Shown here: positions 36,230-49,462 of the stretch, piece by piece
Position numbering within the stretch: the first letter of the stretch is position 1
Layout: each line of letters starts with the position of its first letter
Assembly (NCBI RefSeq): GCF_001194135.2
Contig: NC_068993.1
Span: 25,827,920-25,891,919, forward strand
DNA length: 64,000 nt
DNA from: Octopus bimaculoides
Taxonomy: Eukaryota
Direction of reading: 5' to 3'
The notes under the pieces: generated by a model
Database searches by the model: none
What the model saw: only the letters and a program-made list of their open reading frames with translations
Told to the model about the DNA's origin: nothing
Translations under genes and position numbers: made by a program

Positions 36230-38400
36230 CAGTATGTAGTCCTCATGTATGACTTAGGAGAGTTCAGCACAACAGAAGGAAGAGACAATTGGCATTAGGA
36301 AACTGCTACCAGCAAAAGGAAGGTAGGGACCTCTAATCTGAATGGGCTCTTTCTTCTTAGCCTCTGATAATAACAAACACTTTTCCTCATCAACACTCAG
36401 CTGATTTAAAACCATGTGGTTGCATCCATGCACCAGGCATTGACACTTTCTGAATTATGCCAAGATGAAACAATAAGATAAAAGATATGTTCTTGTCACC
36501 AGAACAGCTTTTATTGCCGATGATTGTCGAACAAATCACCATTTTATCATCACAAACACAAAGATTAGCATTCTGGACAAACCATGAAACCAATACTCAT
36601 TACCAGCTCAAAAAAATATAACATTTCAAAACTTGAAATTTCAGTCATTAGAGACAAATATGAAATTATGAAATATCATTGGTGGGACAGCAAAAAGTGT
36701 CATTAGTTTAACCGAATAGAAGTTCCAAGTTCAGTTTAACAATGACAACAATGAAGTTCCTTAAAAATAATTACTATCAAAAATTCAAACACCAATGCCA
36801 AATCAAACTCATGGAAATACAAAACCATTAGTACTACAAAAAGCAATGGAACTTAGAAACTATGCGGATGTCTGCAATTTAAAAACTTCTTTGGTAGAAC
36901 AAAGCAAATGTTTTGTCAGTGGGTTACTTTCTAGCTGCAGACAACACCAACATCATAACAGAAAGAAAAGGTAATCTCTGATCCTGGAGGAAACATTTTC
37001 CTCTCATTGCTGAATCAGAAATGAACAACAGGTGTAGATTTCTTTAGAAACATCCCACATTGTCACAAACAGCAGCAGTGAATGAAAGTACAACCGTCAT
37101 TTTAAAATGAACAGCATGAAGTCTCCAAAACCAGAAACATTTTCCTTGAATTACTAAAACGTGGCAGACCTTTCAAAATCAGGCTTTTCATTGAAAAGAT
37201 TTATGAGACTCAAACAAATTTCAAATGCAGTTATTATCACCTTGAAGAAAGATCAACAATCCTGTGTGAATTATTGTGGAAGCATTGCTCTCCATTACAA
37301 GAAAATTATTTGCACAAATCCTTCCAAATCATTTCCACATCATTGAAGAGAAAGTTCTTCCAAAATCTCAATGTGATTTTTGAGCCTCTCACAATACAAT
37401 TAACATAATTTTGAGTGCAAGGCAACTGCAAGGGAAAGCAGAAAAAGAAGAAACCATACTTTTTGTCTTCTATGACTCAGACGGCGTACCAAGAAAGGCC
37501 ATATGGATGGTTCTTCAACCTTTTGACTACCTCATTGATTCAAGTCCTGCATAAGTATAACAGGTTGTGTTTTGTATAAAAAAAAAATTTTTTGAACAAT
37601 TCCCAGTTATATGTAAATTGAAACTTACTCTTTTTTACATACACTTATATTCATTGTTAGTGCTTGTTGAACTTCTGAACAGTTCAGGTGTTGATATCAG
37701 ATTATTTGTTGAAGATAAACATTTTAAATATGACCAGATTTCAATTTCTCAACTTTCTAACATCCAACACTTCTCAGGGCTTCAACACACAACTGACAAA
37801 ATAGCATGTTGTCACTCATGTCAGGAACTCCAGAAATCAGTCAAAAACTTCACTAATACATTTGACTGTTTTGACCTAAGTGAATATTAAGAATGCTAAA
37901 ATCCTTGTCCAACCTTCTCCAGAGATTAATCTCCTTGATTTTAATATCACCATCTTCAGTACACCTCTCATTCAAGTAGGCCACTTTCCCTATCTTGGAA
38001 GTTTTCTTTCTAGCAAATATAGTTCTGGAAAGGATGTGGAACATGGAACTGGACCATCTGATTCAGTATTTAGAGAGCTAGTAAAACAAAGTTCTATTAA
38101 ATAAAATTGATGGTTGTCAAGCTATCATTTCAATATTATACAGTCATGAATCATGAATTATATTGCTGGAACAAAACATCAAAAAACAAAAGAGGACTAC
38201 ATAGCTAATAATGATGTCCTAGAAAAAGCCAACTGTCAAAACATAGAATTCATCTCATAAAATATTGGTTAGAATGGTCAGAGCATGTGGTTAGAATAAA
38301 ATAAAAGAAATTTTCTCATCTCATTACCAAGACAAATTAAAAATCAACCCCCAAAATATCTGGAGTTGAGAGAAAAAGATGGGATACTGAAGCCTAGAAC
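36230..38400 (+). mobile_element. old BovB-like RTE LINE, heavily decayed
   Basis: LGEFSTTEGRDN; SNLNGLFLLSL; FKTMWLHPCTRH*HFLNY (cf. KTTWMHPRSKHWHLIDY); ARQLQGK; VGHFPYLGSFLSS. Confidence 0.75.
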
Positions 38401-39117
38401 TATTCCAACTTGTATCACTCAATTACCATGAGAACTGACTGTTTTGAAGTAAAAAAAAAAAAGAAAATCTGAAGATCTAGCAACAGCTACTCTCTCCATT
38501 AATTCTTTCCTACCATCTTTGGTCCTGCTTGTTTTGCATGAGTATTGGACTTCTCAATCTTCAGTACTTTCAGCAGAATCATGAGGAAACTGAAATTTTC
38601 TCTTTATTGAAAGAGGCAATTCTCAAGAACTTTGACTGATATAGTTAAAGTCAAACTACAGTAATTACAGGGAACTCAGTCAAATGCTTGCTCTGATAAA
38701 AATAGTAATAAAATTTTCCTCACATTACATGGTCATCTTAAACAAAAAATGTCACATTAGACCATATACTTTTGCATGCTACTAAAACCATGGCATTATC
38801 ATGGCTAAAATGTCTTTTGTCATAAGTTTGCTCAATCAGGATTCGCTTGGAGTCAAACAGCCACAAAAACACGGGAGATAATTCCAAAATGCCACACAGG
38901 AGATGGAATGATTGACTAAAATATTTAGTAAGGATCTGGGGTAAGACAAAGTCAGAATAAAAAGAGAAGGAGAGGCAAGTGTATAGACGTTGTTGTTAAT
39001 TAGTTACAAGTCAGTTCAGTGAATAGGTATGATCCACAGATTTGGTATTCTGTTTTGTTACTTAGTTTATGGGAGAGGCAGAAATGTAAAGAGAAAGCTT
39101 AGTCAATGTAAATTATG

Positions 39118-41490
39118 GTTTCAATATCAGGCACAAGGCCAGCAATTTCGGAGGAGTGGGTAAGTCAATTACATTGACCCCAATACTCAACTGGTACTTA
39201 ATTTATCGACTGCAAAAGGATGAAAGGCAGAATTTGAACTCAGAACCAGGGGATTACGAAGACAATCATTTGTAGTGACTCTGAGGAATTTAGTTGTTTA
39301 ATTTCTATATAGGGAGGTAAAAATGTAAGATTATTTCCTTGGTACTGTTGAATGAAGCTAAGTCATTATTTCCAAACTGGAACAAGTTTACAACGTCTCA
39401 TTTCATGAAAGTGATGCAAACATGCAAAGAGATATCAGGCTTGTATATGAATGTCAGCAGTGTGCAGAATGATAAAAGAGAGTGAAGGATAGCACTGTCT
39501 GTGTTAGAATATTGTGCTTAAAATAACAACAAGTAGGTCATTAATACTCTGGCAAAATGTGAGACAACTTGTCTTAGACACCTCCCTCACAGAAAAAAAA
39601 ACAACATTTTTTGTCTTTTTATGCAATAGTCAGAAGTGGAAAGGTACTTTTCACAATTTTCAGTGGGGTGTCAAGGACACCCACCTAAAGAATGAAGTTA
39701 CCCTCAACCCAGAGACCAAGCCTGAATTCTTACATATGAGTTAAACTCCAATAAAGGCATACAAGACGGTTGCCAAAATAGTGATATGAGAATCACAAAC
39801 TAAATACTTATTCTTGTTGCATTAAATATGTTAACACTACCATAAAACTATAAGCATGGAATTTACTTTTGTTTCTAAAACATGACCAATATTTGAGAAA
39901 GAAAAGATATTTTATGTGGAGGTAGAAATATATTTGTAACTGATAGAAAGTTTCTTTTTTCTTACATTTATACACTCCATTTTTATTGATAGGTGCAAAG
40001 ACAATAGTAATATAATAGACAAACCCTACCTCAAGCTACTGAATAAAGTTGCAGCACCAGCACAATAGTTTAGTTATAGTCTTAACAAACCACAAGATAC
40101 CTTAGAAAATTAACAAAAGTCAATTAGCCCTTTGTGAGCAATCAGTTTTTATTTGTTTCTCCCACTTTACACTGTCACTTTCCATTAACAATTGCTCGTT
40201 TCTGAATTTTTCTTCTCCTTTGGGGGTTTTAACACTTGTATCTGAATATCTTCTTTTATTACCCAACAAATATGTTTGTTTCCATACATCTTATCCGAGT
40301 TATTTAGTCTATATCTGATTCTATCTTATTTCGTTATTAATTTATTTCTTACCAAAATAACTTGTATTTATCTAATATTTCAATTTCTGCAAATTGTTCG
40401 CTTTCTGTCTGATAGTGTTCACTAACCTCTAGATTCTTCCAATATTTTCTTTAACTCTACCCTAATATAAAATTACTGTTAAAGTAGCAATATTTATTCA
40501 AGATAATCTAGAGAGAAGTACTCATCAATCAATGCAATATTTTACAGTAAAAAAGTTCTCTTTTTAAAATAATGACCAGAAAAATAAAGGAATAGGTCAT
40601 GAAAATAGATAACAAGTGAATATTGTATTCATTAGAATTTACTTCAGAGAGATATCACTCTAAAATATTAAAATTATTTCAATAAGGCATTGGGGAGGTC
40701 TTCTATAAGGTATGAATGATTCTAATCATATATTTTTTTTTTAAAGAGTGAGAGAGAGAGAGAGAGAGAATGGTGCCTTATGCTTGACTTTCTACAAATG
40801 AACTGTAACATTTTCTCTGCAACAGTGTCAGGGATATCCGATTTTTATCCTCTCTATTTCAGGTAAAATGCTCCAGTTTCACTGTCACCTGTAGTCTTTT
40901 AACTATTCAGCTTAGTCACTCTTATCAACACCATTCTACCCATAACCATTCTGTCCTTTATTCAGATGTAAAATATCTAGGATTACAGAACCCAATATGC
41001 TCACTGTTTTTTAAGATGGTAAATATGACTTTGGGAGATGTTGCTACTATTTCTAGCAGGAGTGACCATAAATGTTTCCCTGTTTGATGTTAAGGCTTTG
41101 TTATCAGCCCATACAAAACAATATTGATCTGATATTTCTCTTATTGAACTTTTTTACAAATTACTGATTAACTATTTGCTCTCTTTTAATGTAAGTATCA
41201 GATTAATTAGCTTTAATTCTTGGGAGACTTTTATGTAGATATTTAGTCCAGCTTGAAAGCAACTTTGTAAAAAGTAACCAATCAAACTTCTTCTTTTAAG
41301 CAGCAACAAAGAAGTAAGTCTCTCCTTGATTGTAGCTCATATTGCCATCAAATTTTGGTACAAGGCCAGCTATTTCAGGGGAGGAGGCTAGTCGATTACA
41401 ACGACCCCAGTGCTCAACTGGTACTTATTTTAGTGACTCTGAAAGGGTTGAAAGGTAAAGTTGACCTCAGTGGAATTTGAACTCAGGGTG
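39118..41490 (-). mobile_element. two partial SINE family A copies (39118-39245, 41348-41490)
   Basis: gcacaaggccagc..gaccccartrctcaactggtact..aggatgaaaggc..atttgaactcag. Confidence 0.75.
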
Positions 41491-41589
41491 TAAACATATA
41501 GAAACAAATTTTCTTGAATGCTCAGAAAGTTGAGTGATATCATCTATATTGAAGTGGGCATTGGTAAAGGTAATAACAAGTAGGCCATT

Positions 41590-42050
41590 AATGTATTAAG
41601 GAAGGGTGTGAAATAAAGCCAAACTGCAGGAGTATGTCAGAGAGTGAGAGATCTCTGTCAGCACACAATGCAATGTTACTATCTGACAGGAAGCCATCGA
41701 TCCAATGATGAGAGGGTGATGAAGTCTGTAAGCAGATAATTTTGCTAGGAGATTTATAATGCCAGATATAGTCAAATACTTTGTTGATGCCAAGTTTTCC
41801 AAGTGCCACAGCATTGTTTTCATCAAATTTCTTGATGGTTAGAGCCCACTGATGAGTAACATTGGAAAGCAGGTTTCCAGCAAATCTGGCTCAACAAAAG
41901 TTGTACTGTTGGCTATCAGGGAATGAGAGAGATTCAAGGTATTTGAAAATGTGGCTGTAAACAAAGCATGCACAGCACTGAATTGGATGCAAAATGAAAG
42001 CAAATGTGGAGGCAGTTCTGCTTACATAACCATCATGATTGGACAGTAGA
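41590..42050 (-). mobile_element. CR1/L2-group LINE RT fragment
   Basis: INKVFDYIWHYK..HWIDGFLSDSNIAL (cf. ISKAFDRVWH..WISSFLSDRSI). Confidence 0.65.
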
Positions 42051-42810
42051 AGAAAGAAGTATTCCTCAAAGTGGCTAAATATTCTTTGGGAAACAATTCA
42101 CATTCTCACATTGAATTCACTTATACAGATCTTTTCAAATGGTTTGTCATTCACAATCATTGATATATATGATGGAAATATTAAAATATTGCACTTAAAT
42201 ATATTGTAATAATGTCATCAGATATAGAGTATATCAAATAATTGGCTTTACTTGGATTAATATTAAAAGATAATTCAAATTGTTACAGAAACACCATTGC
42301 AATATCTTTAGTCTTAGAGAAGTAGGCACAAAGCCAGGTATTTATAGGGTTGGTGAAATTATGTGATTTTTATTTTCAGAAATGGTCTATTAAAATATGT
42401 GTGGGAAGAGAAATTGCAATCAAAACTGTTTTGCATACTTGACTCACTGCGAACATGCAATAATTCCAATTAATTGATGTAACTCTATTTGTATGCGATT
42501 ATATTGAACAATTTTTTTAACATTCTGAACCACAACAAAACACTGCAGGAGGGGACTTTTACAAAGTTATTCAACACACTAGAAATAACAAGTAAATCTT
42601 TCTCAAATTACAACTTACCATTTAATAAAAAAATAAACAAATATGGAATCGTTATGGCTTGAAAATATTTGATCATAGATTTGCTTAGTCAGAGTTGACA
42701 TAAAATGAAGCAATAACAACCATAATTTCTTCAGATAAAGAAAGCTTGCAACAAAGAAGACTGAGAAGCAGAGTTGATAGAAGAACAATAAAAAAAATCG
42801 AGTTCCTTAC

Positions 42811-42939
42811 CATTACAAGAATGTGGATTCCTGCTTTCTACATATCCAGCTACTGAACAGTTACATCTGTAAGATCCTGGAATGTTGATACAGCGCCCAG
42901 GACATGGCATATTCTTTAAAGTTACGCATTCATCAATGT
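42811..42939 (-). CDS. cbEGF exon 1 (most 5' exon found) of a multi-EGF/GCC extracellular protein
   Basis: ttttccacag|AC ATT GAT GAA TGC ... TCT TGT AAT G|gtaagg; 129 nt, phase 1-1; (D)IDECVTLKNMPCPGRCINIPGSYRCNCSVAGYVESRNPHSCN fits the EGF_CA consensus DxDEC..CxNxxGSYxCxC. Confidence 0.95.
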
Positions 42940-43899
42940 CTGTGGAAAAATAAAATGACGATGAAGTATTATTTTGGAGACCTACCAAATATCTTTCATA
43001 CATCAAATAATAAAGCATGCCTCATGCAAATAATTTCCATTATTATCAACATCATTTGCAGAAGCAATAAGCATAGCAATAGTAGTAGCCTCAGTTCAGT
43101 ATCTTTTACATGCTGATTTAAAATGGATAGATTTACCAGATAGATATCCTTCAGCTATTCCTTCTTGTCTTAGTTTCATATCTCTGCTGCTGAAATAGTT
43201 TTTATTGAACAAATTATCACCATTATTACATGGTGCAGTGGAATCGATTCAATGATGCAATGAAGCATCTAGTTTGGTGCTTCATATTTCATCAGTCAAG
43301 TCCACTGGGAGTTAAAATTGTCTTGTATTTCTTCAGGATCAGTGAGTTGAGTAGCAAGAAACTAAAAACAATTCAGTTAATTAAAATGTTTTTCTTTCCA
43401 AAAACCATCTTATTTAAAGCATAAAAATAAATCTTTTGTTATTGGTAGTTTTGTTATTTTCTTGTTTTATTAAGAAATGTCTCACAGCATTTCTTCAATT
43501 TTTCTTCACATTCTGAATTCAATACAGCAGAGGTAAATTTCCCTCTCATCTTTTCAGGATCAATAAAATAAAGAACTAATAAAGTTGATGGTATTAACTA
43601 ACCTCCTTCTGAAAATTTCAGGACTGGTGCCCATGTTAGAAACAATTATTATTACAAGGGGATTAGCTGGCAGAATTGTTTCAGTGTGAAGAAAAATGCC
43701 TTGCAGTATTTGTTCAGGCTGTAGTTGACTCAACTTTTATCCTTCTAGAGTCAATAAAACAGAGTACCAGTCAAATACTGGGGGCTGATAGGATTAACTA
43801 AACCCCCTCCCTTCAAAACTGCCAGCCTAAATTAAAAACTATTATTACTGATGCTGTTGCTGTTAACATTATTATTTCTGGTAGAGGTACCAGGGCATG

Positions 43900-44260
43900 T
43901 AGCTGGTTCAGGATAAACTCTTCAGAAAAAGTAGCCCAGTCAGCCAGGTCTGATTGAAATATGAACAAGGTGCCAAGATATTGCACATGTGTTGTTCAGT
44001 CACCAAGTATTTCTAACTTGTGAAGTTATGTTAAACAGCTTTTGTTCCATGTAGGACAGATCTGGTTATCAGCCAAGTCTACCATGAAGATAGTCTCACT
44101 GTTTTCGCAATGAGGAAGAGTAGGTAGTTTTCCTTTGTCTGGTGACCATGACATGAAAAATTAAGACGAACATTTTCTTCAGCCAAGCCCTTATTACTGG
44201 GAGAGAAAGATAAAAGGTGAAAGGGAAGAGTTGTTTTCCTTTGAATTTGCAGAAAAATGG
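43900..44260 (+). mobile_element. possible Tx1/L1-clade ORF2 C-terminal remnant
   Basis: YWERKIKGEREELFSFEFAEKW resembles Tx1 C-terminal HLKRKIRVERE.L...F..RW; weak. Confidence 0.3.
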
Positions 44261-44477
44261 ATGTTTCAGAGTATTCTAGTACTTATATGAGATTTCTTTA
44301 TTGATTCTAGTTTCAGAGTAGCCCAGGATTTAAGAGACATTGATTGCTTAAAGATGGTTATCCTATTATTGGGACCAGAATCATTACAGTGTTGGTTAAA
44401 AATACCATGCGATGCTTCTGCCTCTTCACATTCTTAGTTCAACTCTTGCCATAATCAATATTTTCTTTCATTTTGTC

Positions 44478-44875
44478 AGTCTTTAAATTCTGAGTTCAAA
44501 TTCTTCTGGGGTTCACTTTGCCTGTCATTCTTTTGGAGTTGATAAAATAAGTACCAGTTGAGCACTGGGGTCAATGTAATTCACTTACCTCATTCCTGTA
44601 ATTGTTGGTCTTGTACCAAAATTTGAAACCATTATTAAAAAGCTATTTAAGCTTTGACAGTCATAAGCGTCTTGCTCAAATTTTGGCATGAGTCCAACAA
44701 CTTCAGGAAGTGGATAAGTTGATTACATCAATTCCAATGTTCAACCGGTACTTATCCAAAAGGATGAAAGGCAAAGTCGACCTTGATACAATTGGAACCC
44801 AAAACATAAAGACAGATTAAATGCTGCTAAGCATCTTGCTTGGAATACTAATGATTTTGCCTGCTCACCACCTCT
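44478..44875. mobile_element. tail-to-tail inverted pair of SINE family A (44478-44632 +, 44677-44875 -)
   Basis: The + copy ends cttgtaccaaaatttgaaacc; about 45 nt later the - copy begins caaattttggcatg. Confidence 0.85.
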
Positions 44876-45074
44876 CAATAGTATTGATAATTTATTCCAC
44901 TTGGATGGGAAAAGAAACAACCAGCATAATACAAGCGTTTTTATTAAACCTGATGCGAATAATGTTACATCCAACAATTTGAAATGGGTAAACACTGAAT
45001 CAGATACCCTTGATTTATTTCATTTTTCTATGCAAGAAACTATTGAGCTAGATGCCTTTTTACCTCTTTTACTA

Positions 45075-45445
45075 TTTTCTTTGTTTTAGTCATTAGATTG
45101 TGGTCATGCTGGGGCACCACTTTAAGGAATCTTAGTCGAATAAATTGACCCTAGTACTTATTCTTTTTTATTTTTCTTAAGCATGTTGCTTATTCTACCA
45201 ATCCCTTTCGCCAAACCACTAAATTACAGAAGTGTAAATACACCAACACTAGCTGTCAAGCAGTGGTGGTAGACAGCCATAGACACACACATACACATGC
45301 AACAGGCTTCTTTAAGTTTCCATCGACCAAATCCACTTCCAAGGATTTGGTCAGAAAACACTTGACCAAGGTGCTATGCAGTGGAACTGAACCTGGATCC
45401 ATGTGGTTGTGAAGCAGACTTCATACCACACAGCCACATTTGCAT
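45075..45445 (-). mobile_element. SINE family B
   Basis: Reverse complement of family B, including the tggctgtgtggtatgaag head. Confidence 0.8.
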
Positions 45446-45590
45446 AGGAGAAAAAAAAACAATAATTTGTGATTTCCAGGGTTTTTTTTAAATACCCCAG
45501 TAGCAAAAGAAAGATTTGCCACAAAGAATCAAAACCTGCTCAGAAATCTGTTTGCTAACAACCGACCACATCACCTGCTCCAATCAAAAC

Positions 45591-45748
45591 CAGTAGAGTA
45601 ACTAGTGGGGTGGAGGTGAAGGGAACAGCCTGCCCTAGGTGTTGTTTTTATGGAGTAGCACTTTTAGATCTTCTGTAGAAGTTTATATAGGTGCAGGGGG
45701 GGAAAGGTGTTGATGCCCCAGGCAGCACGCACTCTAGCTACACCATTG
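45591..45748. mobile_element. hAT-type MITE
   Basis: Exact 8-bp TSD atcaaaac (45583-45590 / 45749-45756); imperfect 15-bp TIRs cagtagagtaactag / ctagctacaccattg. Confidence 0.75.
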
Positions 45749-45804
45749 ATCAAAACAATTGATATATATAGTTTTATACATAAGTTTATAGAAGAATATT
45801 TATT

Positions 45805-45990
45805 TCAAATTTTGGCACAAGGCCAGCAATTTCAGGGGAGGAGATAGGCTGATTATATTGACCCCAGTGACCAACTGGTAGTTATGTTAGCAACCTGGAA
45901 AGGAAGATAATCTTGGAAGAACATAAAGATGAATAAAATGCCACTAAGCATTTTGTTCAGTATGCTAATGATCCAGCCAGCTCACCACCT

Positions 45991-46061
<71 letters not shown>

Positions 46062-46572
46062 ATGGTTTCGAATTTTGCCACAAGGGCAGCAATTTTTGGG
46101 GAAGGGATGAGTCGATTACATCAACCCCAATATTCAACTGAAAGGATGAACAGCAAACTCAACCTTGGCAGAATTTGAACTTAGAACGTAGCGACAGGTA
46201 AAATACCACTAAGCAGCTAATGATTCTGCCAACTCACCACCTTAATAATAATAATGATGATGATAATAATGATAATAATAGTAGCTTCAAATTTTGGCAC
46301 AAAGCCAGCAATTTTAGTGGGAGGGGCTAAGTCAACATCAACCCCAGTGCTCAACTGGTACTTATTTTATCAACCATAAAAGGTAAAGTTGAGCCCAGTG
46401 GTATTTGAACTCAATAATGAAAATAATAATAACGATAATAATTCTTTCTTCCATAGTAGAATAAAAGGCAAAGTTGACCTTGGTGGCCTTTGAAGTCAGA
46501 ACATAAAGACGGATGAAATGCTGCTAAGCATTTTGTCCAGTGTGGTTACAATTCTGCCGGCTCGTTACCCTT
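45805..46572 (-). mobile_element. train of four SINE family A copies, two junctions filled by (TAG)n and (AAT/GAT)n tracts
   Basis: Copies at ~45805-45990, 46062-46243, 46285-46412 and 46455-46572; (tag)n at 45991-46040. Confidence 0.85.
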
Positions 46573-49462
46573 CTTTAACAGAATACCATTTGCCTCTAAC
46601 CTCAAACCTGATTTTTATTCAGCCTCCCATCCACCCTTCATAATTTCAAATAGCTATCAATTATCTTGCACAGATTTTGAATGATTAAGTAAGTATATTA
46701 TGTCAATTTAATTAAATGCTAATTACTTTATGATTATTCCTCAGAATTTTGTTGTTTTTTTCAACACCCTTGCAAAGCTCTATATGTTTGTTTAATTTTA
46801 TTCAATTTTTTTTTTCCATCATCTCTCTGAAGGACCTCTGGGATTTTAATATTTTAATTAATAACCTTTTAGAAAACTGATTAATATTTTGTTCCTATAT
46901 TCAAATTTGAATTTATAAAGAAACACTAATAGACTGGCAATAAGAAAAACAAATTATATAGTGATTTGGTCAGACTTGACAGTACCAATTCTTTTTCTTT
47001 TTTTTTTTGAAGGTTAGGAAAATAAAGTTGATTGAAATGACTGTAGTATATTACTGGTACTAATTCTATTGTATCCAGAAAAAAAGGAAAATGCAATGTT
47101 GATTCAAGTAGTATTTGAACACACTAATCTATAGCTGCAGAAACATCTTATATATTATGTCATCATTTCTGGAGATGTTGTACCATTGCATGGCCTACAA
47201 GAAATAGTAATTAAACATGCCTCAAATCATATCCTGCAGCCTTTTGAAAATGGACACACTGGATAGTAGAGTCCAAGATACACTGCAACTATATAACACA
47301 TAGGATGATCAAGCTTAAGTGTCTTTAATCATAAGTCTTCTTGATCAGAAATAGTTTTGATTTAAATAAGTTTCCCACCATTAGTTTGAATGGAAGTAGT
47401 CCAATATGATTATCATAGGCCTGGGTGGGTGTGTTGGGGAGGACTGCACCCCCTAAATCTTTTTTTTTTGTGTGTGTGGGGTGGTTGCAATGCAAACACT
47501 GAACATCCTGTGTTGAATCTGGTTTGCACCCTTTAGCAAATTTCATTCCTGTGCTTACAAAGATTATTTTAAATTTCTTTCTTTTCTGGTTGGAAAGACT
47601 TCATTTATAGCAGACTCTTTAGAAAAGAATGAACACCATTAATTCTTATTTGCTTTTCTCTACAGATTTACTTTTATAAAAGGACACTAATTTTTAATTC
47701 CATTAACAGAGAAATAAAATTTATGTTTGATGACTAAGTGCCCACTGTCCATTTTGTCTAATTGAGAAGTGACATTAAATTGAGTTACAAAGTGGTTTAG
47801 AACTTGTTGCATTTGCTTCAAAATATCTTCTGAGTTCTTAATCAAAATGTTACAAATAATAAATATAAGGAGGAGAGGCTGGAGGAAAACAAGCAATAAA
47901 GATATTGTTATTATCATTATTGAAACAAAAATAATGTTTGATTGAACCAAAAATATTATTATTGTTGTTGTTATAACTATTATTGTAGTTATCATCATCA
48001 TAATCATCATCATCATCACCACCACCACCACCATCACCATCATCACCACTATCCTTATCATCAGTATTAACATTATTATAGTATACTTGTAATGTAACTT
48101 AGTCTACATGACACAAGAACAGTGAGTTACCCTTCCCCACACACACACACATACACACACTATACATCACATTATCCTATTAATGTTTAAAATGAAGTTA
48201 ACAGTTTAAAACATCTTAGATAAATTAAAAAGATTGTTGATGTCACAAAGCTGAAAACAATTGAAAATATTTTATGTTTTATATATATGTGTGTGTGTGT
48301 GTGTGNNNNNNNNNNTATATATATATTTATGTACATATATATCCTTTCTTTCTTTCTCCTTCAAATTTTCCAAAATAATGTTTCACAGGTTAGACTAGAA
48401 TTGAAGTATTGAAAAATTGGTTACTATCTTTACGATTGTCTCGATATTTTTACATTCTGCTATTGAATTTAGTTTGCTTGAAATTCGAACTGCCTTCTAT
48501 CGGTGAATTAATCTGTTCTTCTTAATAAGTTTGATGGAAGCAAGCCAGGAAACATAAAAAGACTTTGAAATGAGAATAAATTAAATATTTAAAACAAATT
48601 TTTAAAAAGTTAAAAAAAAAAATCCAAAACCAAAGAGATTAGAATCATAGAATATGGTTTTGTTGTCTGTATCAGTATTTTCTATTGAACAATTTCTAAG
48701 CTATGAAAATATATCAAATTGTTGTATATATTAAGCTACAACATTAAGCAGAGTCTATTCAGTAGCCTCACAGATTGAAACTAATACAAACACTCTAAAT
48801 GAATAAAGAAAAAGATAAAAACAACAGCAACAATAACCATATTTTTCAGAAATACCATACACTTGGTTGCTAAGATATATTTAGTGAAAAGCTGCTTCTC
48901 CTCAGATTTTAGTGATTTCTGGAACAAGATGCTTTTGGTAACAAGTGTATTTGAATTCTAAATTGAGAAATTTCCTTTTGTTTTGCTTTTTCCCCCCCAA
49001 TCATTTTGCAATTCTTCAGGATGAGCAGTTTAAAATAAAATTTTAAAAGTACTTTTATTTCACATAACTTGCTTCCTAAATCACCTTTATTAACAGGATT
49101 GCACTGTTTCTTAGTTGCCAATTTGAGGTGTTAGTAGCAGTGAGTGATAGATCTAATCAGTAGCCCAATTTAATAACACCATTTGGTCCTCATGTACTTT
49201 CATCATAGTTACGAGTGCTTGTATGCATTTATCAGAGTTTACTCTATTGCAAATGTTTAGACCAAGTCTTCAATCTGAAGATAACTTGATACTTAATGTA
49301 CTGCTTCCTAATGTAGTAGCTCATGTCATACTTTCTTCATGATTACATTTCACTTAGCCACAAGCAAAAAAAAAAAAATCATAAAACTGCTATAGCGAAT
49401 ATTTAAAATGGATGAGTAAATCAAAGTAGCAGAGGATATGAAATTGACTTCACCAGCAGCAC

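Noticed and set aside
2996-42939. Assigning a gene symbol (FBN, SVEP1, SCUBE, MEGF6, FBLN)
   Set aside because: The visible domain order matches none of these; no TB, vWA, CUB, EMI or fibulin C-terminal domain is in the window.
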